A DNA stretch of 64,000 nt, taken from Bryobacterales bacterium. Its GTDB lineage: Bacteria; Acidobacteriota; Terriglobia; Bryobacterales; Bryobacteraceae. The stretch's first letter is position 1. Each line of letters opens with the position of its first letter. Below are positions 9,304 to 17,344 of the stretch, piece after piece. The stretch spans positions 5,389 through 69,388 of the forward strand of contig CAWITB010000010.1 of the NCBI GenBank assembly GCA_963838885.1. Direction: 5' to 3'. The translations under genes were made by a program, and so were the position numbers. The notes beneath the pieces are model-generated. The model worked only from the letters and a program-made list of their open reading frames with translations. It was not told where the DNA came from and searched no databases.

Positions 9304-10117
9304 CGCCGATGCGGATGCCGAGGGCGGAATATTTCTCGGGGTATCCAGGGTCGTCGGCCCACTCCCAGGAGTCGCCGATATCGGAGTTGAAAGACATGGC
9401 GACCATGACGCGATCGTGGTCGTCATAAATGCCCCGCCAGTGCGCGACGGCGCCGTCGTTGCGATATGTCGTGCCGCGGCGCAGTGCCCATTCTCCGGGA
9501 ACCTGGTAACGATCGTCGAGGTCGTAGACGGTATGGAAGATGGAATCGGCGCTTGCGATTTCGACGATCGGCCGGTCGGGGAACACGCGTTTCATGCTCT
9601 CCTCGAAGCGGTCCCATTCGGACGTGCCCCAGAAATCGTCGAGCATTAAAAATCCGCCGCGCAGGAGGTACTCGCGCAGTTTGTTCGCTTGCGCCGCGGT
9701 GAGGTTCCAATCGCCCATTTCGCCCGCATTGAGCCAGGGCCAATTGTAGACATCATCGCCATCGTCGAGATTGACGGGCTGTTCGACGGAGCGGGCGTGG
9801 ACGCGGGTGAGGCGGCGGACGGCTTGGGCGAAGTGGCGGTCGGCGCGGGGATAATCCTGGGTCCAACTGGTGCCGCCCTGGGTCCAGTCGAGCGCGCCGC
9901 GGCCCCAGCGCCAGCGCGCAAAGCGGGCATTGGGATGCTGCGGGTACATGAGGCGGGCGAAAATCCACTCGGCTTTCTGCTGGTAATCGGACGGGAGGGG
10001 GACGTCATCGTAGGGTTCCATGCTGGGGTAAACACGGAAGGGCTGCTGGAACGCGTAGAGGGAAGTGAGGAGCACGGCAACGGCTCCAAGCCGCGGAAAC
10101 ATCTTGCGGAGAGTCAT
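9272..10117 (-). CDS. DUF4159 domain protein
   Basis: Start at ATG 10117 (MTLRKMFPRLGAVAVLL). The body (YPRADRHFAQAVRRLT...NWPWLNAGEMGDWNLT...LREYLLRGGFLMLDDFWG) matches my recollection of DUF4159. The long N-terminal track extension is rejected. Confidence 0.7.
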   Translation of the reverse strand: MTLRKMFPRLGAVAVLLTSLYAFQQPFRVYPSMEPYDDVPLPSDYQQKAEWIFARLMYPQHPNARFARWRWGRGALDWTQGGTSWTQDYPRADRHFAQAVRRLTRVHARSVEQPVNLDDGDDVYNWPWLNAGEMGDWNLTAAQANKLREYLLRGGFLMLDDFWGTSEWDRFEESMKRVFPDRPIVEIASADSIFHTVYDLDDRYQVPGEWALRRGTTYRNDGAVAHWRGIYDDHDRVMVAMSFNSDIGDSWEWADDPGYPEKYSALGIRIGVNYVVYAMTH

Positions 10118-10169
10118 GGCGCTCCTGTCGCGAGGATAGCATCGGGCGGCGCTGCGCGGCGGCTGCCGC

Positions 10170-11403
10170 TTAGTTCCAATACGTTTCGCCGGGCGCGAGA
10201 TGGGCCTTGGCGACGTCGGGATTTCGTTCAATGCCGTAGCCGGGTTTGTCTTCGATGACGAAGTAGCCGCGTTCCCAGAAAGGGCCTTCGCGGATGACGA
10301 GATCGGGCCACCAGGGGACGTAGTTTGCCAGCTCGTGAATGCGTAAATCGCGCATGGACGCGGCGGCGTGGGTGGAAGCGATGGTTCCGACGGGGCTGCC
10401 GGGATTGTGGGCGGCTGTCCAGATGCCATACATGCCGGCGTAGTCCAATATGCGCTCGGCTTCGAGGAGACCGCCGGATTTGGGGATGTCGATGTGGACG
10501 CCATCGCAGCCTTGCAGCTCGATCAGCTTGCGGAAACCCTGGACGCCATAGAGATTCTCTCCGGTGCAGATGGGCACCTTGACGGCGTGCGTGACGCGCG
10601 CCATGAGCTCGGGGTTTTCGGGCGGCACGGGGTCCTCGAGCCACATCGGCTTACAGGTCGAGAGCGTTCGCGAGTTCGATGAAATCACGGTGCGTCGTAG
10701 TGCCAGTGGAGGTCGATTGCGAAGTCGCCATCGGGGCCGAGCTCCTCGCGGACGACTTCCATGCCTTTCTCGATCGTGCGAATGTCCTTGTGCGTGGCCC
10801 GGTTCGCGGTATTCGGGGTCGGCTTTGCGCGGGACGCCATCGCCCTGGAATTTGAAAGCCGTCCAGCCCCATTTTTCCGATTTCGCTTGCCGACTTTACC
10901 GCGCCAGGGAGGCGGGGTCGTTTGGCGTTGTTAACCACCTGCATGGTGCGGTAGAAGCGGACTTTGTCGCGGAAGCGGCCGCCGAGCAGATTGCAGGCGG
11001 GCATCTGGAGAATGCGTCCGCAAAGATCCCATAGCGCGATCTCGATGCCGCTGGCGGCGTTGACGGTAACTCCGCCGATGGCGCCCGCGCCGCCGCTCTG
11101 CATCAGCATTTTGGCGTACAGCTTGTCGACATTGAGGGGACCTCGCCGATCACGATGGGAGCCATTCTGTTGATGACGAGGTCTTTCACGCCCCTAGCCC
11201 CAATAGGCTTCGCCTATACCGTAGAGGCCGGAATCGGCCTCGATCTTGATGAGGTTGCAATCCCACGTGCGCGCACGATCATGCACTTCGGCTGTAAGGC
11301 TCGGGGAAAAGAAGGCGGTTGTGAGAGCAGCGCTGGCGCGGAGAAAATCGCGACGGGTCGTTCGTTGTACAGCATTGGGGTGCGAGCGGGAATGGCGGAG
11401 CAT
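10170..11403 (-). pseudogene. enolase-superfamily enzyme (mandelate racemase/muconate lactonizing/galactonate dehydratase-like) with Tat-type signal, multiply frameshifted
   Basis: Homologous pieces lie in three frames (ORFs 11194..11637, 10651..11109, 10170..10688). RRDFLRASAA Tat-like motif at the N-terminus. At least four frame changes are needed to join GEAYWG / GVKDLVINRMAPIVIGE / PLNVDKLYAKMLMQSGGAG / ...WLEDPVPPEN... Confidence 0.7.
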
Positions 11404-11566
11404 TGTTTCGCGTGCCGCGGTATGAGCGGCCTCGGCGATAGGACGAAAGTGCAGAACGAATCCCGTGGGCGCGGGCGCGGCAAGTCGCGAGCAGTTGGAG
11501 GCTAGTCGCGCCGCGTGGTCTATACGTTGAATACGACCGAGGATTGCACCTTTGGCACAGGCACAG

Positions 11567-12082
11567 TTAGCGCGCCGTTGCGAAGAGGCGGATGCCGGCG
11601 ATTCCGTGAGCGCCGGCGGCGATGCAGAGACGCGCATTCTCCTCGGTGATGCCGCCCAATGCGTAAATGGGTATTCGCACGGCGAGGACGGCTCCCCGCA
11701 GACGGTCGAGGCCGGCGGGCGGGCCTTTGCCGGGGGATTCGAAGACGGGTCCGAATACGGCGAAATCGGCGCCGTCGAGCTCCGCGGCCTGGAGTTCGTC
11801 CACGTTATGAGAGGAGTATCCGATGAGGAAGCCTGGCGGGACGATGCGGCGCGGGCTGGGCGAGCCGGCGGGCAGGTGAACGCCGGCGGCGCCGCAGGCC
11901 AGGGCGATGTCGGTGCGGGTATTCACGAGAATGCGAGCTCCGGGGACGGCGACGGCTTGTTCGACGAGACGCATGAGATCGCGGGCGCTCAGCTCTTTGG
12001 CGCGGATCTGGATCATGGCGGCTCCAAGATCGGCGGCGCGGCGGACTACGTCGAGCGAATCGGTTATGCAATAAAGGTTCAC
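11567..12082 (-). CDS. thiE: thiamine-phosphate synthase
   Basis: 171 aa; IQIRAKELS..., GVHLP..., FGPVFESPGKG..., YALGGIT are typical ThiE motifs. GTG start overlaps the modC stop (GTGA). Confidence 0.8.
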   Translation of the reverse strand: MNLYCITDSLDVVRRAADLGAAMIQIRAKELSARDLMRLVEQAVAVPGARILVNTRTDIALACGAAGVHLPAGSPSPRRIVPPGFLIGYSSHNVDELQAAELDGADFAVFGPVFESPGKGPPAGLDRLRGAVLAVRIPIYALGGITEENARLCIAAGAHGIAGIRLFATAR

Positions 12083-13149
12083 AGAACGCGCAGCGACTCG
12101 GGCGGAAATTCAACCACCCACTCGTTGCCGCGTTCCTGCTTATCGAATGCGGCGCGGGGCATTTCGACCGCGAGGTTGCGATCGAACTGCAGGCGCACGC
12201 CAGCGGCCTTTTCGACCACGGATTCGAGCGCCGCGGGAACCTGGTTTGGGGCCAGCTTGCCATTGCGCGGAAGCGCCAACAAGCGATCCGGGCGCACGCA
12301 GATCCACACGCGGTCCCCGATCAGATGGCCGGGAATATAGCGTCCGGTGAGTTCGAATTGCTCGTAGCGCAAACGGCTGGAATTGCGGCCAGGGTCGAGG
12401 GCGCGGATCTCGGCCGGCAGCAAATTGTAGAGTCCCAGCAGGCGCGCCACATCGACATTGGCGGGTCCGTCGACGATTTCGCGCGGCGAGCCGTTCTGCA
12501 CAATACGGCCCTCGCGAACAACGATCATTTCATCCCCGAGCTGCAGCGCCTCGTCGAGGTCGTGCGTGACCAGCAGTATGGGGATGCCGTAACCGGCGCG
12601 GACTTGGCGTAGGAGGTCGTACAACTCGGCGCGGAGCGGCGCATCGAGGCCGCGGGCGGGCTCGTCCAGAAGCAGCGCGTGTGGCTCGGCGATCAGGGCG
12701 CGCGCGATGGAACAACGCTGTTTTTGTCCGCCGGAGACCTCGTGCGGACGGCGGCCGGCAGCGTCGGCGAGATGGAATTTTTCGAGCATCTCGTTGACGC
12801 GGCGGCGGCGCTCCAAGCCGGGCCGTCGTTCGAGCGCGAACTCCAGGTTGCGACGCAAGGTCATGTGCGGGAAAAGCGCGTAGTTCTGAAACACGTAGCC
12901 GCAGCGGCGCTGGCGCGGGGGAATATTCACGCCGGCGGCGGCATCGAAGAGGATGACGTCGTCGAGCATGATGCGGCCTTCGCCGGGGCGGACGAATCCG
13001 GCGATGCAATCGAGCGTCAGAGTTTTTCCCGCGCCGCTCGATCCAAAGAGCACCGTGGTGGCGGGGCCGGCCTGGAAATCGACGTCGAGCGAGAAGCCGG
13101 TCGAATCCGGTCCAGCGGGGAAACGTTTGCGGATCCGAGCCGTGATCAT
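12079..13149 (-). CDS. modC: molybdate/sulfate-type ABC transporter ATP-binding protein with C-terminal TOBE-like domain
   Basis: Walker A GSSGAGKT, signature VSGGQKQR, Walker B LLLDEP. ATG 13149 overlaps the modB stop (ATGA). The 93-aa N-terminal track extension is rejected. Confidence 0.75.
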   Translation of the reverse strand: MITARIRKRFPAGPDSTGFSLDVDFQAGPATTVLFGSSGAGKTLTLDCIAGFVRPGEGRIMLDDVILFDAAAGVNIPPRQRRCGYVFQNYALFPHMTLRRNLEFALERRPGLERRRRVNEMLEKFHLADAAGRRPHEVSGGQKQRCSIARALIAEPHALLLDEPARGLDAPLRAELYDLLRQVRAGYGIPILLVTHDLDEALQLGDEMIVVREGRIVQNGSPREIVDGPANVDVARLLGLYNLLPAEIRALDPGRNSSRLRYEQFELTGRYIPGHLIGDRVWICVRPDRLLALPRNGKLAPNQVPAALESVVEKAAGVRLQFDRNLAVEMPRAAFDKQERGNEWVVEFPPESLRVL

Positions 13150-13829
13150 ACAGGGGTCTGACGCGGGCCGAAGGGATTGGTGGCGAAGCGGTTCGCGAGA
13201 CTGAGAATAACGAGTGCGACGGCGGAGATGACCAGCACCAGCGTACGGGCCGCGGCGCCGTTGCCGGATTCGACGGCGTCGTAGATCGCAAGAGCTATGG
13301 TTTGGGTGCGGTGCGGGATATTGCCCGCGATCATGAGCGTGATGCCGAAATCGCCGAGCGCGCGGGCGAACGCAAGCGCGGAGGCGGCCAGAATGGAGCG
13401 CCGAGTCAACGGCAGCGTGACGCGCCAAAACAGGCGCAGCTCGGAGGCGCCGAGATTGCGGGCGGCGCGCTCGAAGGAGTGATCGACGCTTTCAAATGCC
13501 GCGCGCGCGGACTTGATCAGCAGCGGCGTCGCGTGGAACAGGGCGGCGACGACGGCTGCCTGCCACGTGAACACGAGGGGCGCGCCCGTAGTCCATTCGT
13601 ATACCTTTCCCAAGGGGCTGGCGCGGCCGAGCGCGACCAGGAGATAGTAGCCGAGAACGGTCGGCGGGAGGACGAGCGGCAGGGTGACGGCGGCGTCCAG
13701 GATTTCTTTGCCGCGAAAGACGTGGTTGGCGAGGAGCCAGGCGATCCACAGGCCGATCACAACCGCCAACACGGTCGAGATGGCGGCGACGCGCAGGCTG
13801 AGCCACAGCGGGAACCAATCGACCGGCAT
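13146..13829 (-). CDS. modB: molybdate ABC transporter permease
   Basis: 227 aa, CysT/ModB-type permease (LPLVLPPTVLGYYLL, EAA-like loop ERAARNLGASELRLFWRVTLP). Confidence 0.75.
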   Translation of the reverse strand: MPVDWFPLWLSLRVAAISTVLAVVIGLWIAWLLANHVFRGKEILDAAVTLPLVLPPTVLGYYLLVALGRASPLGKVYEWTTGAPLVFTWQAAVVAALFHATPLLIKSARAAFESVDHSFERAARNLGASELRLFWRVTLPLTRRSILAASALAFARALGDFGITLMIAGNIPHRTQTIALAIYDAVESGNGAAARTLVLVISAVALVILSLANRFATNPFGPRQTPV

Positions 13830-13898
13830 GGGGAAACTCGATTCTATCAGGCGGACGCGGGGGCAACCGGCGCCGCCCTGCTACCTTGAAAAACGGAT

Positions 13899-14855
13899 AT
13901 GCGGAATTTCGACAGTCTCTCGGAGCGGGAGATTCTTGCCCTCGCTATTTCGCTCGAGGAAGAGGACGAGCGGGTTTACGCCGATTACGCCGATGGGTTG
14001 CGGCAGGATTTTCCCTCTTCCGCTTCCGTATTTGAGGGCATGCGCGAGGAGGAGTCCACGCATCGCCGTCGTCTGATCGAGCTTTTTCAGGAAAAATTCG
14101 GTCCGCACATTCCGCTCATCCGGCGCCAGGATGTGAAAGGCTTCGTCACGCGCCGCCCCGTCTGGCAGGTGCGGCCGCTGGGCCTCGAAACGGTGCGCAA
14201 TCAGGCCAGCGCCATGGAAGTGGAGAGCAGACGTTTTTACGAGCGGGCGGCTGCGCGCGCACAGGATGCCGGGGTGCGGCAATTGCTGGACGATTTGGCG
14301 CAGGAGGAGCGCTATCACGAGGAGCGCGCGGGCGCGCTTGAACGCGAGAAGCTGCACGGAAACGTCAAGCGCGAGGAGGAGGAAGCCAGACGGCGCTTGT
14401 TCGTGCTTCAGATCGTGCAGCCGGGATTGGCCGGGTTGATGGACGGGTCCGTGTCAACACTGGCGCCGGTGTTCGCCGCCGCTCTGGCCACGCACAAGAG
14501 TTGGGACGCGTTTGTCGTCGGGTTGGCCGCTTCGCTCGGCGCGGGCATCAGCATGGGGTTTGCCGAGGCTCTATCGGACGATGGCAGCCTCACGGGTCGA
14601 GGGCATCCCTGGGTGCGTGGATTTATTTGTGGGGCGATGACGGCGCTGGGGGGCGTCGGCCACACGATTCCGTTTCTGATCCCCGATTTTCAGATCGCCA
14701 TGATCGCGGCCGTGCTCGTCGTGATTGTAGAGTTGGGGGTCATAACGTGGATACGGCATCGTTATATGGAGACGCCCTCGCTGTCGGCGGCGCTGCAGGT
14801 CGGTCTGGGCGGGGCGCTGGTGTTTATCACGGGCGTCTTGATCGGCAGTTCGTAG
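13899..14855 (+). CDS. VIT1/CCC1-family iron/manganese transporter with N-terminal ferritin-like (erythrin) domain
   Basis: N-terminal four-helix ferritin-like repeats ([12 protein letters not shown]...[10 protein letters not shown]...[12 protein letters not shown]...EERYHEERA), followed by a VIT1-type membrane domain ([17 protein letters not shown]...). Confidence 0.8.
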   Translation: MRNFDSLSEREILALAISLEEEDERVYADYADGLRQDFPSSASVFEGMREEESTHRRRLIELFQEKFGPHIPLIRRQDVKGFVTRRPVWQVRPLGLETVRNQASAMEVESRRFYERAAARAQDAGVRQLLDDLAQEERYHEERAGALEREKLHGNVKREEEEARRRLFVLQIVQPGLAGLMDGSVSTLAPVFAAALATHKSWDAFVVGLAASLGAGISMGFAEALSDDGSLTGRGHPWVRGFICGAMTALGGVGHTIPFLIPDFQIAMIAAVLVVIVELGVITWIRHRYMETPSLSAALQVGLGGALVFITGVLIGSS

Positions 14856-15110
14856 GGGCGGCGCTACGGCTCCGGCTCGATGCCCACCCGGCCCGACGAA
14901 TCAGCGGTTCCTGTGTGGCATTGTCGTACACAAGGGCACCCCTATCGAGATGTCATAGGTCTGAGTTTCGCCAGGCTTTAGCTCGACCTGTCTTAACTCG
15001 TGAACGCAAGACTGCGGCATATCCGCGCCCGCGCGGCAGACGCCTGTGCGTCGCCCCGGCCTGTTGATTGAGGGTACCGGTCCCGCTGGCAAAAGCGGAT
15101 TATAGAAAGC

Positions 15111-15467
15111 ATGGCAGAATTCTTTACGCACAATGCGACAGCACTCCTCGCGTTTGTAGGTGCTCTGGTTGGCTCCCTTGCCTCGGGAGGCCTCTCGTTT
15201 GTGAACGCATGGGTTATGCGAAATCGGGACTTAAATCTCAAATTTTGGGAGAGATTCCTGGATCGGAGAATAACTGCACACGACAGCGAGTTGGGCCTTG
15301 CTCTCAGAATGCGACGGATGGTTTCATTAGGAATGGTCAACTCAAGCGGCGAAGTTGCGCGTGCACCTGAAGTGATGATGTCCAGAGAAGCGTTCGACAA
15401 CTGGCTAACTGAGTTCGCGGAAAAAACTAACCGACCTGCCCCCTCGAGCTGTACCAATCATAACTGA
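15111..15467 (+). CDS. hypothetical membrane-anchored protein, 3-prime end abutting or interrupted by the IS
   Basis: 118-aa ORF with one N-terminal TM in a visibly lower-GC stretch. Its stop codon is created at the IS junction (aac|TGA). Confidence 0.4.
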   Translation: MAEFFTHNATALLAFVGALVGSLASGGLSFVNAWVMRNRDLNLKFWERFLDRRITAHDSELGLALRMRRMVSLGMVNSSGEVARAPEVMMSREAFDNWLTEFAEKTNRPAPSSCTNHN

Positions 15468-15546
15468 AGTATCCGAGTCCTAAACCCCAAGTTATGGCAC
15501 CCGTTCGGTGCCGACCAACGGGAGGCGGATCGAAATTGCAAGCTTG

Positions 15547-16539
15547 CTAAGCAAAGCCTGCCATTCGCTCTTCTCCGTTATTTCCCCCGGCGTCGCGGAC
15601 AGGACCCGTCAAGGCCTCGCGAAGCGAGCCGAAGGGAAGCCTTGACGGTTGGCCGCGATGCTGTAAAATTTGTTGCACAGCGAATGGCAGGCTTGCAAAA
15701 CCCGATTTTGATATGCCGCCAGTACGCACAATCGCCGCTGCTTCCGAGGGCGTCAGGTACGCGAGCGCGCTGTGTGGGCGCTCCTCGTTGTAGTCTTTTC
15801 GCCACACCGCGATCTTACATCGCGCATCATGCAAGCTGGTGAACCAGTTTGCGTTCAAGCATTCATCGCGAAAGCGCCCATTGAAGCTCTCGATATGACC
15901 GTTTTGGCTAGGCTTGCCTGGTTGGATATGCCACAGCCGCACTTGGTTCTGCTCGCACCAGGCGCTTACTATTTGGCTCACGAATTCCGGCCCGTTATCC
16001 ACTCGTATCTCCTCCGGCCTGCCGCGTTCCTGGCTCAGGCGCTCCAGCACACGTTTCACCCGCCCACCGGCCAGACTCGTGTCCACCTCAATCGCCAGAC
16101 ATTCCCGCGTGTATACATCTTCGATGGTCAAGCAGCGCAGCGTGCGCCCATCCGCTAGGCTATCTTGCACGAAATCCATCGCCCAGCGCTGATCGGCGTG
16201 CGTTACCTCCGGCAACTCCACCGCCGGGCGCTTTAACGCTTTGCGCCGCTTGCGCGGAACCTGCAGGCGCTCTTCACGGCATATACGATGCACTCTCTTG
16301 TGGTTCACTCGCATCCCTTCCCGCTGCAACAATGCCGTCAGGCGCCGATATCCAAATCGCTGCCGCGCTCTCGACAGCTCGCATATCCGCTGCCGGATTC
16401 CATCATCCGGCCTCGCCCGCGCTGTGTAGCGGCATGTCGACCGCGCTACTCCTAAGAGCCTGCAGGCACGGCGTTCACTCGTTTTCTGTACCTGTCTCAT
16501 ATACCCTACCGCCGCCCTCTGGGCCACAGGCTCTACCAT
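15547..16539 (-). CDS. IS3-family transposase OrfB (rve/DDE integrase core)
   Basis: 330 aa; DQRWAMDFV...TIEDVYTRECLAIEVD...RVDNGPEF...GKPSQNGHIESFNGRFRDECLN...YNEERPHSAL is the classical IS3/IS407 DDE region. Confidence 0.9.
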   Translation of the reverse strand: MVEPVAQRAAVGYMRQVQKTSERRACRLLGVARSTCRYTARARPDDGIRQRICELSRARQRFGYRRLTALLQREGMRVNHKRVHRICREERLQVPRKRRKALKRPAVELPEVTHADQRWAMDFVQDSLADGRTLRCLTIEDVYTRECLAIEVDTSLAGGRVKRVLERLSQERGRPEEIRVDNGPEFVSQIVSAWCEQNQVRLWHIQPGKPSQNGHIESFNGRFRDECLNANWFTSLHDARCKIAVWRKDYNEERPHSALAYLTPSEAAAIVRTGGISKSGFASLPFAVQQILQHRGQPSRLPFGSLREALTGPVRDAGGNNGEERMAGFA

Positions 16540-16798
16540 TTTTTTGATACGACGTCCCGCAACATGACCAGGTCCAGCGCCTGGTCCGCCACGATGCGCT
16601 TCAGCTTGCGGTTCTCTTCTTCCAGTTGCTTCAGCCGCTGCGCCTCGCTCACCTAAAAAAAACGTACTTCGCTTTCCAGGCGTAGTACGTCCCGGCGCTG
16701 ATGCCGTGCTGCCGGCACAACTCCTTGGTCTTAATCCCTGCCTCGCCCTGTTTCAGAATCGAGACAATTTGTTCTTCCGAAAACCGTCCCTTCTTCAC
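16533..16798 (-). pseudogene. IS3-family OrfA (HTH + leucine zipper), interrupted
   Basis: GTG 16798 after AAGGGGG gives VKKGRFSEEQIVSILKQGEAGIKTKELCRQHGISAGTYYAWKAKY. A T8 run (minus strand) then gives VFFR-stop. The zipper part VSEAQRLKQLEEENRKLKRIVADQALDLVMLRDVVSKKW resumes in another frame. Confidence 0.7.
16539..16545 (-). promoter_or_regulatory. programmed -1 ribosomal frameshift slippery run (A7) joining OrfA to OrfB
   Basis: The minus strand reads TCA AAA AAA TGG TAG. A -1 slip gives ...SKKMVEPVAQRAAV..., continuous with OrfB. This position at the OrfA end is typical for the IS3 family. Confidence 0.6.
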
Positions 16799-16960
16799 CG
16801 TTGTCCCCCTTTCCGCGGCTTCCTCCGCCGCCGGGAAACTCCAGCTTAGATTGGCTCATTTTTAAGGGACAAGGTCATAACTGCAACAACATGGCTTTCG
16901 ACGCCAGTCAAAAGAGAGCTCAATTTTGTCCAAGACTATTTCGTAACGGTTCACGTTAAC

Positions 16961-17212
16961 ATGTCTGATGTTCCTTCTGACCACTTCGCAACGGTCGGTT
17001 CGTTCGTCCGACAAGACTTCATAGACCTATCAAGCAAGCTGGAGAACACGGCATTTGAGTTCTTTAAAACGGAAGCGCGAGCCCTTCGTCTAAGCGATCT
17101 TACGGAGCACCAAAAATATCCACTTCAGGAAACGAAGGCTCGGCTTCAAAGCACAGTGTTTCTCAGTCGATGGGCAGAGATTCAGGCTATTCTGGCCAGC
17201 CGCCAAGCATAG
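16961..17212 (+). CDS. hypothetical protein (copy 1)
   Basis: 83-aa ORF in lower-GC DNA. Identical protein in copy 2, with one silent difference. The frame stays open upstream to the IS junction. Confidence 0.4.
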   Translation: MSDVPSDHFATVGSFVRQDFIDLSSKLENTAFEFFKTEARALRLSDLTEHQKYPLQETKARLQSTVFLSRWAEIQAILASRQA

Positions 17213-17344
17213 GTGCACTCTGCGTAAATCCCGCAGCGTCATTTGGAAGAAGTTTGCGAAATGGCCTCCCGTCCAGGGCTCGTGGGATTAGGCAAGTGCG
17301 TATGCTCGGACCGGAAACCGCCAATTCCGTTATCGAGAGGCAAC

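Larger units (their letters stand above)
15465..16877 (-). mobile_element. IS3-family (IS407-group-like) insertion sequence, about 1.41 kb
   Basis: OrfA (HTH) and OrfB (DDE) with an A7 slippery site. Termini are TG...CA (right end reads TGACCTTGTCCC inward). Flanked by the direct repeat TAAC (15461-15464 and 16878-16881). The left inverted repeat is poorly matched, so the left boundary is less certain. Confidence 0.8.

Noticed and set aside
12079-13428. N-terminal extensions in the ORF track: 449-aa modC, 410-aa DUF4159, 374-aa galT, 599-aa glnS, 433-aa lactonase and 217-aa TlpA.
   Set aside because: The extensions are Arg/Pro/Ser-rich and overlap upstream genes. Internal starts give canonical N-termini, signal peptides or ATGA/GTGA coupling.
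13830-13898. TPP or Moco riboswitch upstream of the modB-modC-thiE operon.
   Set aside because: The leader is only 69 nt, too short, and it lacks the conserved CUGAGA / ACCUGA-type elements.
14901-15131. 76-aa minus-strand ORF whose tail (VELKPGETQTYDISIGVPL) looks like a beta-sandwich fragment.
   Set aside because: It is too short, has no credible start or family, and overlaps the start of the 15111 ORF. At best it is a gene fragment.
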